A DNA stretch of 63,808 bases, filler included, from Nemertoderma westbladi (lineage: Eukaryota; Animalia; Xenacoelomorpha): assembly GCA_032718475.1 (NCBI GenBank). It is 3 parts of 3 records of this genome, joined end to end, with 100 filler letters (N's around TTAATTAATTAA, not from the genome) between each part and the next. Parts side by side here need not be neighbours in the genome. Positions count along the whole stretch, not along the records: positions 22,289 to 54,255 come from JAUCBJ010006331.1; positions 54,356 to 63,808 come from JAUCBJ010006751.1; 1 more part is not named here. One strand, 5' to 3'. Each line of letters begins with the position of its first letter. The first letter of the stretch is position 1. The notes beneath the pieces are model-generated. The model ran no database searches, was not told the DNA's origin, and worked only from the letters and a program-made list of their open reading frames with translations. The translations under genes and the position numbers were made by a program. Positions 47,283 to 59,237 of this stretch are shown piece by piece.

Positions 47283-49019
47283 ATATTCTTTCAGCGATCA
47301 TTGTTTTTCTGCTCAATTTTAATTTATGATTTTTTTTTATTTTTCCCTACCTAATGTTCCTATTTTTTCTACTAATTATTTACTCCAGTTGTTTGTTGCA
47401 ATTTGTAGCCAAAGTTGTGGCTGCAATTTATGGGGTAACTATTATCTAATATCATTTTACTTACTGAGTTTTATCTTCAGCTAATAATTATTTCTCAAAC
47501 TATGTAAATTGTTGTCCTTTTTTGAAATATTTTTTGTTATCAGTTACCATTTCAACCAGTATTAGCAGTATTAGCGGCTACAAATAAAAAAATATGCTGG
47601 AGATTAATGCCGGATGCTATGGTAACCGAGAGCACATAACTAAAATCCGCGCCAAATATATTAAGTCATTACCGGCTATGTATCTACCGGTATTTACCTA
47701 TGTATCTACCGATATTTACCTATATATCTACCGTTATTGTATTTACCTATATATCTACCAATATATATATACAAAGATAAGGAGGTGGGGATTTTTTAAT
47801 ACCAAGGCCAGCGTATGACGATGGACTTGGTATTGGTATTACATTGTATTGTTTAAAGTAAAATATATTTTGCAATCTTTGTTTTTCTGCTCAATGTAAT
47901 CCTGATCTATTAATCTATATACGTTTCAATTACTAACGAAAAGTTTCCATTTTCAATGTGCCATTGAGTTTGAAAATAATACATTGTAATTAAATTGTTT
48001 CTCAATATTTACTGTACCTAATAGCAATCAAATATTTCCTATACTGTTTTGTTTATATTAAATAATGTTGATATTTTTAATTACAACTAAATAATTGATT
48101 TTTATCTCTGCTAATTTGCAATATTGAAATACCAATGTGCCGCGATAAGTTATTGTGCTTTTGTACTTTATTTTTATAATTATTTACTCAATAACTTAAT
48201 TTTAATTTTCTTACATATATTTCCCTGTGTGTTGTGTGTTTTATCAATGTGTAGCCTCGTGTTTTTATATGCAGTACTTCATAATTGTATAATAGAATCC
48301 CCAGCCAAGCAATTACAATTTTCTTAATTAACTGTTGATTAAAGATTTGGATGTTCGCCTCATATTTATTTTAATTATGGAGATTGTCGCGTAGGTTTTC
48401 TTTTATTTAATTTTTGTGCTAGGGTTTTTTTGCACCTTAGAAGAGATTCTTTCCAAAAATTGAAAAGATCCTGTGTTCATTGAAATTTGGATTCCATTTA
48501 TTTATTTCATTCCATCTCCTTTTAGCTTTTATTGATTGTCACTTTCTAGATTTGTTTTCCTGAGGAAGCCTCCCATTCAGTAACTTATCTGCAGTTGCTA
48601 AATGTATTTTTATCGTTATATTTTGTTCAGTTTCACCTTTTGGAACTTTACTCCATATTCTGATATTCACCCCTTAGCCGTAACGCGTAACATTGATTCT
48701 TGAGGAAGTCTCAATTTAGGTTCGCTATATATCGAAAGTCTGCTATTAGTCAGAGTTTTCCAATTGTAAACTATATAGAGAAACTCTCAATACTATAATT
48801 TACAGTTAATGTTTTAATGTAAAGTATAGTGAGTGATTGTACCCGCCTGCATTGTAGGAATAATAGATTCGACACAATCTATGAGTATTAATTAGAGATT
48901 TGAATTTATATCGGGTATCACAATGATTATTATAAAATATTATTTATTGTCATTAATATACAAAAAATAGAATACGTAAAGTGTAATAGTAATAAGTTGT
49001 TTTGCAATCCAATATGTAT

Positions 49020-50678
49020 CTAATCATCTTCGGGCGGGCAGGTGCAGTCATCCTTACTACTGGGTCGGGCTCTCAGATTGCGCAGACTGTCAAGAGCCTT
49101 TCCAATTCCGGGGAAGTTCTCTTGATGGCTCTCGAGATAAGCGAGCACGTAATCGTCTGCGTCGAGCAACCTGAACCTCCACCCGTTTATAAACAGCGAC
49201 TCACCGATAACCAAATCCTGCGGACCCAAAAACTCGGGATTATTCGGATCCGTAGAGGTTGACTTCTCTACTCGCGCTTTCTCCATAAATTTACCCGGAA
49301 TTTGGCCGCTATTTCTGCCGGGCATTTCGAAAATCGAAATCATGTCGTCAGCTAGTCGGTATGTGACAATGAACTTCCTGTCCCCAGCCGGTCCATCCAC
49401 CGTCTCTAACTCAGCGAGGTATCGTAGTAACTTGCCATCATTCTCTAACATCTTGATGTAATCCTTGCGGGGTGGTTGTGGGATGATACTGAGACACGAT
49501 TGTAGAGAATCTTCGAGAGAACCGAACCCGTTGTAAGGTGGAATCTCGCGTGGGGGAAACTCTCCGTCGGTTCCTTTAACGTTGATTGGCGTGAAATCCG
49601 TGAGGCCGAAGTTGAAGTAGTAGAAATCCTTGGTGAATTTATCGCAGTCGTAGATGAGGAAGCGTCTGTTGAGGATGTTGATGGTTTTACCGATGGCAAA
49701 ATCCCGCGGGGTGTAGTACTCCTTAATCTCGTTGTCCGTCAACTCGAGCACTAAACCCGGGAACCCGGCGTCTACGTCGTATCGATCCTTGGGAAGCCGA
49801 GCGCGACGGAGCAGTACCGGGAAGGGATCCCGTCCGTCGTTCGCGTGGTGTTTCTCGAGCACCTCAACGGAGTCGTCGACGAGGAAGTACTGGACTACGA
49901 ACGGCCGCAACTCCCCGAATACCGCAGGTCTGTCGTCCCAAACACAGTAGAAACGCAACACCTTGCGGTCCAACTCCAGGAATTGTTTCAACTTATCGAA
50001 GTCGGACTTGGTAGCGACAACCTTTGGTTTCTCAGATTCCTTGCGCGTCTGGGCGTACGGATCTACCGGCATGTCTTCCGGAGGATTCACGTCTATCCCT
50101 TGAGACTCGAGGTACTCCTTGGTCCATTTGTCGCAGTCGCACACGTGGAAGACTTTACCGTAGACGGTGAAGTTGTCCCGGATGTTAATATCGGTCCAAT
50201 GCCAATGATTACCGAAGTTATCCTTTGGGAGTCGTTGTCTCTTTATCAGTTTCCCTTGAGGAATCCCGGAATTTTCGTTCTTTGGCTCAACGATAGCTAT
50301 GGTGTCGTCCTCTAGATAGTAGTAGATGTGGACAGGCCGAACTCGGTGTGTCTCGCTGGAGGACTCCTGGATGGCTTGGCGCAGGTAGCCGTAGAAACGA
50401 AGTACCTTCTTGTCGTAGAATACGTGAGCGGGGACGAAGGTTTTGGGTGGGTCAAGTTTCGCTTGGCCGTAGGTTAAAGTCGGTTTAAAGTTGGCTAATT
50501 CGTCGATCTCGGCCCCACTCAGCTGGTTGGCCGTGATCTCGACGCCTCCAATTCCCACCGATATCGGGTTTTTCGGCACAGAGAATCCATTTCGGTACCC
50601 CAAGGTTTGTGATCTGTGATACTTGGTTGTTGTAGGGTCGGTGAATGTATTCCCGGGGAGAAAAGGCAAAGTCGTCAT
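49020..50678 (-). CDS. EFHC1: EFHC1/Rib72-family axonemal microtubule inner protein, three DM10 domains, single exon, 552 aa
   Basis: LPFLPGNTF.D, HRSQTLGYRNG, DKKVLRF, IYYYLEDDT, ENSGIPQGKLIKRQR, NDGRDPFP, PPYNGFGSLEDSLQ; AATAAA about 70 nt after the stop. Confidence 0.95.
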   Translation of the reverse strand: MTTLPFLPGNTFTDPTTTKYHRSQTLGYRNGFSVPKNPISVGIGGVEITANQLSGAEIDELANFKPTLTYGQAKLDPPKTFVPAHVFYDKKVLRFYGYLRQAIQESSSETHRVRPVHIYYYLEDDTIAIVEPKNENSGIPQGKLIKRQRLPKDNFGNHWHWTDINIRDNFTVYGKVFHVCDCDKWTKEYLESQGIDVNPPEDMPVDPYAQTRKESEKPKVVATKSDFDKLKQFLELDRKVLRFYCVWDDRPAVFGELRPFVVQYFLVDDSVEVLEKHHANDGRDPFPVLLRRARLPKDRYDVDAGFPGLVLELTDNEIKEYYTPRDFAIGKTINILNRRFLIYDCDKFTKDFYYFNFGLTDFTPINVKGTDGEFPPREIPPYNGFGSLEDSLQSCLSIIPQPPRKDYIKMLENDGKLLRYLAELETVDGPAGDRKFIVTYRLADDMISIFEMPGRNSGQIPGKFMEKARVEKSTSTDPNNPEFLGPQDLVIGESLFINGWRFRLLDADDYVLAYLESHQENFPGIGKALDSLRNLRARPSSKDDCTCPPEDD

Positions 50679-51559
50679 TGTTATAATATATTTATTGTGA
50701 TCTCGATTTTATACTTTGTTAAAATTAAATTAACCAGTAATAATGATTTATTCAAAAATGTAATACCCTAAGCTATTTTTTGTAATAAAATTATTTATAA
50801 ATTATAAACATTAGCTTACAATAACCTATTTGTTTGGTTCATCATTTGATATTTTTGATTAGCTATATTTTTTGAATTCTAGAACGCCGATTAATTTGTG
50901 TTGCAAATTATTTTTCTATCATAACCTTTTGAAATTCTCGCTTTCAATCACTTGGAAACAATTGATTTCTTTCTAGTACATGCCTTGTGATACTTTTTAG
51001 CGGGTGGTATTGTACCAGCCCTTAACCAGCGAGGTTAATAAAGGAAAGTGTTTAAAGAATATTGAGACTTTTTTCTCGGATATACTCCAAAATAGGGAGA
51101 AAAAGTTGCACTTTTTTCCCTATTGATTTTTTTTATTTTTATTATTTTTTTTCAAAATATTTTTAGTGGAATTTCTTAAATATTATTAAATGTGTTGGAA
51201 GAGCATCCACGTAGAAAGGGTTTACACTTAATTTCCGTAATTTCCATTGACAAACTCAAAAGTTTTTACAACTTTAGTGTCCGCAAGACGAACTCTAAAA
51301 CAGAACTCAATATCCAATATTGGTTAATGTAGTTAAGCGGCTCTCTAGTTACGTAATAAATATTCGAGAACACTAAATTATTTAACATTGAAGAGTACAA
51401 TAATTACAATAGCAGTAACTATGGAAGCAATATAGTGAAATACTATAGTTCAATAAGTTCTACTGATTACATTTTTACTCCATTTTCTCCGCAGCATCAG
51501 GAGTTGAAGAATACAATAAATGCAATCGCCTTTTTCAAATAAAATTACGTATTACTTGG

Positions 51560-52161
51560 GAAAAAGAATCGCATCATTTGAATTATTGTAATAAGATATG
51601 AGCATTCAAGTGTTGCATGGTTTTGCACCGGCGCGAGGCTGTTTTGTTCTATTTAATAAATGAACCATATTCTGGAATATTTTTTAAATGTATGAATAGC
51701 TACGTAATAGAATGATTAAAGATGTAATGCATTGTTGCCCAGCTACGTATTTGGATAAACAAAATATTCCGGAATATGATGCATTTGTTAAATCGAATGA
51801 AGTGGCCTGGCGCCGGTGCATGTCCGTGCAACATTTGAATGCAACATTGAATCAAGTTGTGTTACATATTTTGAATCCTTGCATGGCCAGCTTTCCATTG
51901 CTACCGACGAGCGGCTGTGGGGTGGAGGAGTGGCTGCGGTGTGACTGGTGCAGTGTCGCTGGAGACACTTTGTTTGGACGCTTGTGGCTGGGGATTGAGA
52001 GCAAGAATGGGAATTCTGGCTCGCCCGGTCAGTGGTAGGGAGGTGAAACTATCTCTGTTTCAAATTTCATGAAATCTCATTAAGATTTGTAGAAAAATTA
52101 GGGGGGGAGGGTGGGGGTGGGCATGTCACTGAATTACAACACTATATTCTGGGACATGGTG
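51560..52161. mobile_element. Diverged relative of the 19526-20157 MITE with an internal fold-back
   Basis: Ends TATTCTGGGACATGGTG; ATTTAATAAAT..ACCATATTCTGGAA is shared with about 19890; inverted repeat 51612-51832. Confidence 0.6.
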
Positions 52162-53106
52162 TACACAGGTGCCATTTTACGAAGGCTGCAATTCCTAGAA
52201 GACAGAAACATTACTTTGGTTTTCTTTATATTAAATACAATGCTGTGACCAATGGCGTAGCCTACAGATATATCAATCATTTTTTGCAATCCTAATACGG
52301 AGTTAGACACTAAATTGAGATCATGGTTGGTTATGGTTGAGAAAAACTCATTAAATTAAAAAAATAATCTGCACATGTTAAATATAAGTACCCTTATAGA
52401 CGGCCATGGCACATATCAACTGGCGATTTGAATTATGTATTTATAATTTATATAATATAGTTAATTTAAATAAATATTGCCAACCAAAATGGAAAGAAAG
52501 GTACGAATAAATTTACATTGGCAATATTGTTGAACAATAAACACATCCTAGGCAACACGTGGTAACTAAGCAACGGAATAAAACATCAGTCAGCTGATCG
52601 ATTGTTGGTGTTAGTGTATTATTTTAGCCAATCAATAACCCCGGCCGCCCTGCGGTAAAGAATAAGATAATTAAATGTTTCCCTCAGGTTGTTACTGTAG
52701 ATTTCCCCTAATCACTGTTAATCACATTAAATTAATATTTGCAAAACCTTAAATATCTATCATATATAATGCAGTTTTTTGTTATAATATCCCGTCCCGT
52801 GGTCAATGTAATAAGATATATGTATATGTTTTATGAAGTAGGCCCTATATATATGTAAAGTGTTAGACAAACGGCAACTTAATTTTTAGTAATCTTTTTA
52901 TGTCGTGATATTTCAATGTATGCCATATGGGACGCGTATGATACAATGAATAAAGGAAAATCTGTTTTGTTATTTTTAATAAATATAGACATAAAATTAC
53001 ATAGAGAATGTACATAGTAATATTAGTATGAAAAGCGACTGGAATGTGATACATTATGGTTCGTCGCGTTGGTTTAATAATCTCTGTGTCTCTCGCAGGT
53101 GTCCCC

Positions 53107-53339
53107 TTAGGAAGGTCTATATGGTGGTGGTGGCGTCCTCGCAGAGTGGCTCGGGGTCACAGCGCCATCTGGCGTCCCTTTGTAGTAATCCTGGGTGTAT
53201 ACTGGGGCCGGCGGTAGGGTTGTGGTGGTACCGTGGGCCCCAGGTATCTCGGTAGACGGGTAGAAGGGACCCGCGGTGTACGGAGGTTGTTGGTAGATCG
53301 GGAAAGAGTTAGGAAACTGTTCGTCTGCTGGATCCCCCA
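53107..53339 (-). CDS. Probable terminal exon encoding a Pro/Tyr-rich cytoplasmic tail with PPPPY
   Basis: Acceptor ggttttacag|TG; GC-rich ORF IYQQPPY...RTPPPPYRPS*; upstream exons not located. Confidence 0.55.
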
Positions 53340-53444
53340 CTGTAAAACCGATAATAATACAACATAATGAATAATAATAATAAGAAAGATAACGATGTTA
53401 AAACGGGATATTATAATTGTATTGATGGTGAACCCCGTCACCGG

Positions 53445-53512
53445 ATGGTCTGGTGAGATTATAATGTAACAATATGGATATGATCCCTGGTTCGAATCCC
53501 AATCACAGCTTT
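53445..53512 (+). other. Possible tRNA-derived SINE head (Pol III A/B boxes)
   Basis: TGGTCTGGTGAG at 53446 and a canonical B box GGTTCGAATCC at 53489-53499; no full cloverleaf seen. Confidence 0.25.
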
Positions 53513-54255
53513 CATTTTTCAAGAATTCAGGGGAGAAAAATTCCACCGTTTGACCTGGACTATTATTGTAAACATGAATACAAATAAGGTGAAATTGAGA
53601 AATTAAATTAAGACAAGGACTTCTAGAACTCTGATCTTAGAACTAGTACTACAACTACTAGGATCGGCATGCTGCATTGCAGCTGCAATTTTAAGAATGC
53701 TGTGCCGGCTTGTCGACAAAATTGCGCCGCCACAACTCCCTATCGCCCATGACATTTGCTATATCATCCGCATCTTCAAGGCCAGTGTCCTTTAAGATGC
53801 GTCTCAAGATGAGTCTAAAGATGCGTTTCTGGAGTTAATAAAAAGACCAACACTAGAAGCAGCATGTTCTAATGAGCTGAGGAGCCGTTGGGCTCCCTCT
53901 TGTGATTCTGAGAGTACTAAGTCATCAGCAAAGTCTAGATCAGTTAGGTACTTAGCAGGATTTCCTCTACTTTTGGAGCCATTAGGTGGAGTTATCATCA
54001 CCCCATCATCATTATGATGATCTAAGGACATGCGTAGAACATAGTCAACAACAATAATGAACAAGAATGGTGCAAGTGTGTCTCCCCTTGGAGGACGCCC
54101 CATAACACTTCAAATGGTTCTGTGTCACCATCAACAGTAACACAAATGTTGTCGAACCATCGTATAATGATCTGATTGCTGGCTATAATTTCATCAGGAA
54201 TCCCATATAATGAAAGTATGCTGAAAATACGTGAACGATCTTAGAAGCCATTGAC

Positions 54256-54355
54256 NNNNNNNNNNNNNNNNNNNNNNNNNNNNNNNNNNNNNNNNNNNNT
54301 TAATTAATTAANNNNNNNNNNNNNNNNNNNNNNNNNNNNNNNNNNNNNNNNNNNN
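54256..54355. other. Assembly spacer N44-TTAATTAATTAA-N44
   Basis: Same 100-bp linker as 22189-22288. Confidence 0.97.
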
Positions 54356-54624
54356 TGATACTGCCCTTGATACTTACCTAAATTGAGGTAAGTCTTGATT
54401 GTTGCTGTATGTGAGCAGTTGTAATTGCTTCAGTTTTATCCTGTATGTACTTTTCCTGGCTGATGTTGTAGGCCAATTTAAGATCGTCCTTCGCTTTCTC
54501 AACCTTGTTAATGTTTTCGGTTGTTGGTTGTTCGGTTTTAACTTTGTAGGCTATCTTAAGATCTTCTCTCTTACAAGTAACCTCAGAGTTTTGCCATGAC
54601 AATGCTGTAAAGGATGCTTATACA

Positions 54625-55191
54625 TGTGACGGGATCAAGGGATCCCGACCGGGTTAGGTTTTTACGCGTCACAGCAGGCTGATGGGTGGATGTGGAAAAG
54701 GTTTGAGTTTGGTGTTCAACTGAGTATAATATAAGATAGTGATAGCAAGATTGAATGACCGGATAATAAATCAGTATATGGCAGCACCGCAATGATGGTA
54801 AAACTACAATGCCGGTCTGCACTGAAACTGACAACTGAGATAACTGGACCGGTAACGGCACGCATTGATAATATATGTATAATCACTTCTATACTACTGT
54901 GGCCTTTTACCTAGTGGATGCTTCCCTCGCCCCTATTGGCTAATAACCCACTTCGCGCCTCTCCACTCTCTCGGAGTGTTCCCCCCCTGCTGTTGGCCCC
55001 TGCTGGTTGTTTCCCCTCCCGAGGTGATTTGACCTCTAACCTCCCTTTGTGTGGCTTTGGGGTTTGTGTTCTCCCCGTGTTGGTTGTAATACGAGATTGG
55101 TTTTTGCCAATCTCGTATCTCCAACATATTGCTGAAAAGGTGCCACTTCCCATTTTGTGAGGGTAATGCGGCGGAATTGAATCCGCTCACA
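54625..55191. mobile_element. Solo LTR, same family as 28110-28772
   Basis: TGTGAC...CTCACA termini; 5-bp TSD ATACA (54620-54624, 55192-55196). Confidence 0.88.
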
Positions 55192-55365
55192 ATACAGTAG
55201 AAGTTCAAAACCGCTTTGAAGCACTTCAGTCAATGGATGAAGACCAATCCACCAATTCAATATACCAGAATATAATAACAGCCCACAAGGAATCAGCTAA
55301 GAGGCATATCCACCAGAAACCCAAACGAAAACAGTATGTGCCATGGCAAAACTCTGAAGTTACTT

Positions 55366-56290
55366 CATATTCTTTGCAGATGATTTGGTTATTTATTCAA
55401 CGGACAAATCAGCTGTCCAATCCGGGCTAGATGAGATATATCTCTGGTGCAAAAAGAACAAAATGAGTCTAAATTTGGACAAGACTAAAATAATGAAGCT
55501 CCGAAGAGGCGGTGGACTGGCTACCCAAGACAAATTCTTTTTCGGCGGCGAGCCAGTTGAAGTTAGCAACAGGTCTGTTTATCTGGGAATCACTCTCCAG
55601 CCAACACTGTGTTTCACACAGCATATAGAAAACAAGAAGCAACACTCTTACTCTTTAATAGGTTGCTTCAGACATATCCATCTCGTCTCTATTGAAACTG
55701 GCTTAAAAATTTTCAAAATGTAAATTTATCCTGCCGTATCATACAGCATCCCTGAAATTTCTGAATATTTTACTCTCGCAAACTTAAAGGAGATGGATAA
55801 AATTAAATCCAAATTTCTTAAACGCCTCCTTTGTCTGCCATCTAACTCGTCAGCTACCTTGGCTCACCATCTTACCAAGTGCAACACCTTAGTAGAAGAC
55901 ATTGTAGAACTAGACCCAAGAATTCTAAAACCGTCTGTTCTCGAAGAATATCGTCAGTTTCGTGCAGAACGACAAACAAACTTTGAAAATGGAAACTACA
56001 CTGCAGGCGTTGTAACCAGGGCAACCACCCATGGTTTTCACCATCTGCTATGCGTGAACTCGGCCCCATTTCATGACCTTTCCTCGACGGATTGTTTTTG
56101 TAAATTCTGCAGTGAATAGCCACCAACCGCTATCATGTGTTAACCTGTACCTCTTCCCCATCACTTTCAAGTCTAGCGTTAATATAACCTTTATTTGGTT
56201 ACTTTTAAAGGATATTATTTATGTTTTAATTTATAATATTTTACTTGAAACTGTGTTAATTTTAATTAAGATATATTTTATAAATAAAGT
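55366..56290 (+). mobile_element. 3' fragment of a different LINE (RT C-terminal half)
   Basis: FFADDLVIY..WCKKNKMSLNLDKTKIMKLRRGG..YLGITL; internal stops; AT-rich tail with AATAAA. Confidence 0.75.
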
Positions 56291-56444
56291 CATCTATTGC
56301 CCCGCATGGGGGTATAAATTAAAAAAAAAAAAAGATTGTAAAACGTTGCGCTTTGCCATAACATACGCACTCACACACGCGTCTTAAGATCTCTGTTCTA
56401 CTACTGATATTATTTCTTTGACTGTCTTTCTGGATCGGCAGTAT

Positions 56445-56725
56445 CGTTTACGCTAGTGTTCGGTCAACTAACTGACTCGTTATTATACGCATATAAATCA
56501 CACCGCGTCAAGTCTACAGTAGTTTTAGGTGCATTAGTGTTAGTTAGGATTCGATGCGTGGGATTGTCTCTCGCAAGTTTGTTATGTTTCTGTAGACTGT
56601 ATTTCTGCCTCACCGGTTAGGGACAGGTCACCCTGATTGTCAAGTTAGCCATTGATTCGCACAAGTTTAGTGAAAGACATCAGGCACCAATCTCGCCAGC
56701 AGCAGTTTGTGTGCTTTTAGTATCT
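56445..56725 (+). repeat. Dispersed repeat homologous to about 8465-8760
   Basis: Shared CATATAAATCACAC, TAGTTAGGATTCG and GTAGACTGTA..TCTGCCTCACCGGTTAG. Confidence 0.7.
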
Positions 56726-56759
56726 ATTAATTAATAGGCCCGACTGGGTTGGCATTCTT

Positions 56760-57102
56760 CACATCTCCAACCAGACACTATATACCATTGGAGGTGACTC
56801 ATTGGTTCCCCCAAGCTTGACACTAGAACAAAGTCGCCTCCGCTTTGATGGACATTGCTTTCGCCATGAGGACCAGCCAGTGCATAATCTTGTGCTTTGG
56901 CAGCCTCATGGAGTGAATAAGCATGGTGGACCGCCCATGACTTTTTTGAGACGCAACTTAAAGGACACTGCCCTTGAAGATGCGTATGATCTAGCAAATG
57001 TCATGGGTGATAGGGATTTATGGCGTCGCAATTTTGTCGACAAGCCGGCACAGAATTCTTAAAAATGCAGCTGCAATGCAGCATGCCGATCCTAGTAGTA
57101 GT
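56760..57102 (+). mobile_element. Short 3' copy of the RTE LINE
   Basis: Near-identical to 36830-37171, including the GATCCTAGTAGTAGT tail. Confidence 0.9.
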
Positions 57103-57441
57103 ATTGTTAACATGAAGAACGAAGAACACCTCAAACTAAGCAGACCATCAAACCAAAATACTCGTTCAAAAGATCGGATTTTATTTAATGTTGTGCGGCC
57201 GAAGAAATGCAAGTCAGAACAAAACTTTTGGTTCCGAGTACCTTACATTGCAAATGTATTACCTAATCGAATCAATTTCACAAACCATGTAGGGCTTAAA
57301 TCTCGTCTGATCGATTTATTTTGGAGGTACTTCATTAAACACTACTCAATTGATATTCCCTGTAGCTGGTCGGTGTGCTGCAGCTGCGTCTTGATGAACT
57401 GCAGAAATAATAACTCTCGTCTCGATGATTTATACCCATAG
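57103..57441 (+). mobile_element. Probable 3' end of a CR1/L2-type LINE
   Basis: NTRS..NFWFRV..NVLP..LKSRL..CSWSVCCSC, typical of LINE ORF2 C-termini. Confidence 0.45.
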
Positions 57442-59237
57442 ATAACGACTTATATTCTATAATGCTTTATTTAATTAATACAAATTTTATTACATTTCAC
57501 ATCCACTCTGACCCTTTTAATACGTATTTACTGCATCCCATTTTAAATTTATACGCATATATTTTATCTCATTTTTACGACATCAGAGACCGACCCTTTT
57601 ATTAATACGTATATATATATGTTTCATCTTATTTTAATACAAATATTTCTATCTAATTTCATATAACATCCAGTCTTCTGACCCTTTTAACTTCTTCGTT
57701 TAATCTCATAATTAGCACGGCCTTTTTGAGACCAATTACATACAGTAATAATTTTAACTCGATGTATTTTAATGTACCTTAATTAATGATTAACTCATAT
57801 TTTAAACTAAGTAATGTATGAAATGTGTGTAATGTATCTTTTATGGGGGAAACCCCATCACCATATAATACTATAGTTAAATTGTCTATGCAGTCTTTGT
57901 TCAGTTCTAAGTTATGGTGTAAATTTATATTAATAATAATAATAATAACGTTGGCACTAACATCGAATCCATACTCAGTTGCACTCTGCAGCAAAAACGG
58001 ATTAGGCTTGCTGACACTGCAATAATAGATCTGATCAACTTACCCATGATGATGATCTATGGGCGACGTAACCTAAGATAAGATGTTGATAAAAAGATAT
58101 TGCAGACAAATTGAGGATTTACAGGTCTGAACAAATAGTTGAGGGTTGCAATTAGTTGAGTTAAGTTACAATAGTTGTTCTGTGGTAAAAAATTTGAGAG
58201 ATGTCCAAAGGCGTTGCATGGTTTCTCAACTCCTGGGGGTATAAGAACTTTAAGACGCACTTCCCCCCCCCCCCACCCCCCCCCCCCCCCCCCCCATAAA
58301 AATAATCCAAATTAATGAAATTCTCGGCATCAATTTCTCATAGTAGAATACACCTTAAGTTATATCCTTAAGTCCTCTCCATATATGAGCATTATACGTA
58401 CACTGCAATGCACAATGGTAGTTGTTGCATTTTTATTTTGGATACATTATATTGGCAACTGACATCTCACCAACAGTTAAAAAAATATCGCAATAAATTA
58501 TTGTAAACCCGAAACGGATTTTTGGGACAGGATCCCGAAATTTAAATAGTAAAATAATGTTGTTGAATAGGCCTAGTCTACTGCTACATTTGCATTTTTT
58601 TTATTATAATATGAAATACCATAAGCCAAATAGACTACGATAGACTTTAACATCTGAATTTAATAACAACAAAAATTAATAGAGTGTTCCCCTACACTCC
58701 TCGCATACTTATTAGGTTAAATAAATTAATGTTGTTCAAATTTGGTAATATTTTCATACATATCACCACTAAGATAACAAATCTAATGCAGAATGCCAAT
58801 CAGTTAAAGTCTGATCCCTTTTTAAACACGAAATATATACACAATTCTTTATTCTTATTAGACTATTACAAATAATATACCGGTAAGTATCATTTTTTTA
58901 TTTGCTTTAACGGCCTAAAAGTAATCAAGTTCAGACAGCATTTAGACATGTAAACACATGATAACGTTTATAGATTTACAAATAGTCGCAAGTTCTTGAT
59001 TCTCAATTATATATATATTACTGTACATATTCTTATCATATTATTTTCTGTACCAATATCACCTTCTCTAGCTGATATTATGTGACCTACTACCACCGTT
59101 ATAAACAATTTCATTAATTCCCAATCCCAAACTAATCAACGTGATTTATAACAACTCCCTGAAGGCACTACACGGGTGATGGTGGTGGGTTCATAGCCAT
59201 GAATTTGAATTTATTTATTGTTGCGGTCATAGGGGCC

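Larger units (their letters stand above)
53641..55365 (-). mobile_element. RTE LINE copy spanning the gap, with an inverted 5' segment and a solo LTR inserted
   Basis: 3' tail and RT on minus (53641-54255); linker region on minus (54356-54598); upstream part on plus (54599-54624 and 55192-55365) reading NAVKDAYTVEVQNRFEAL once the LTR is removed. Confidence 0.7.

Noticed and set aside
53445-53512. Functional tRNA gene
   Set aside because: A B box is present but no acceptor or anticodon stems could be paired.
53157-53546. 129-aa ORF with a hydrophobic stretch as a membrane protein
   Set aside because: The hydrophobic part is AT-rich intron sequence before the acceptor, and the Pro/Tyr-rich exon is in another frame.
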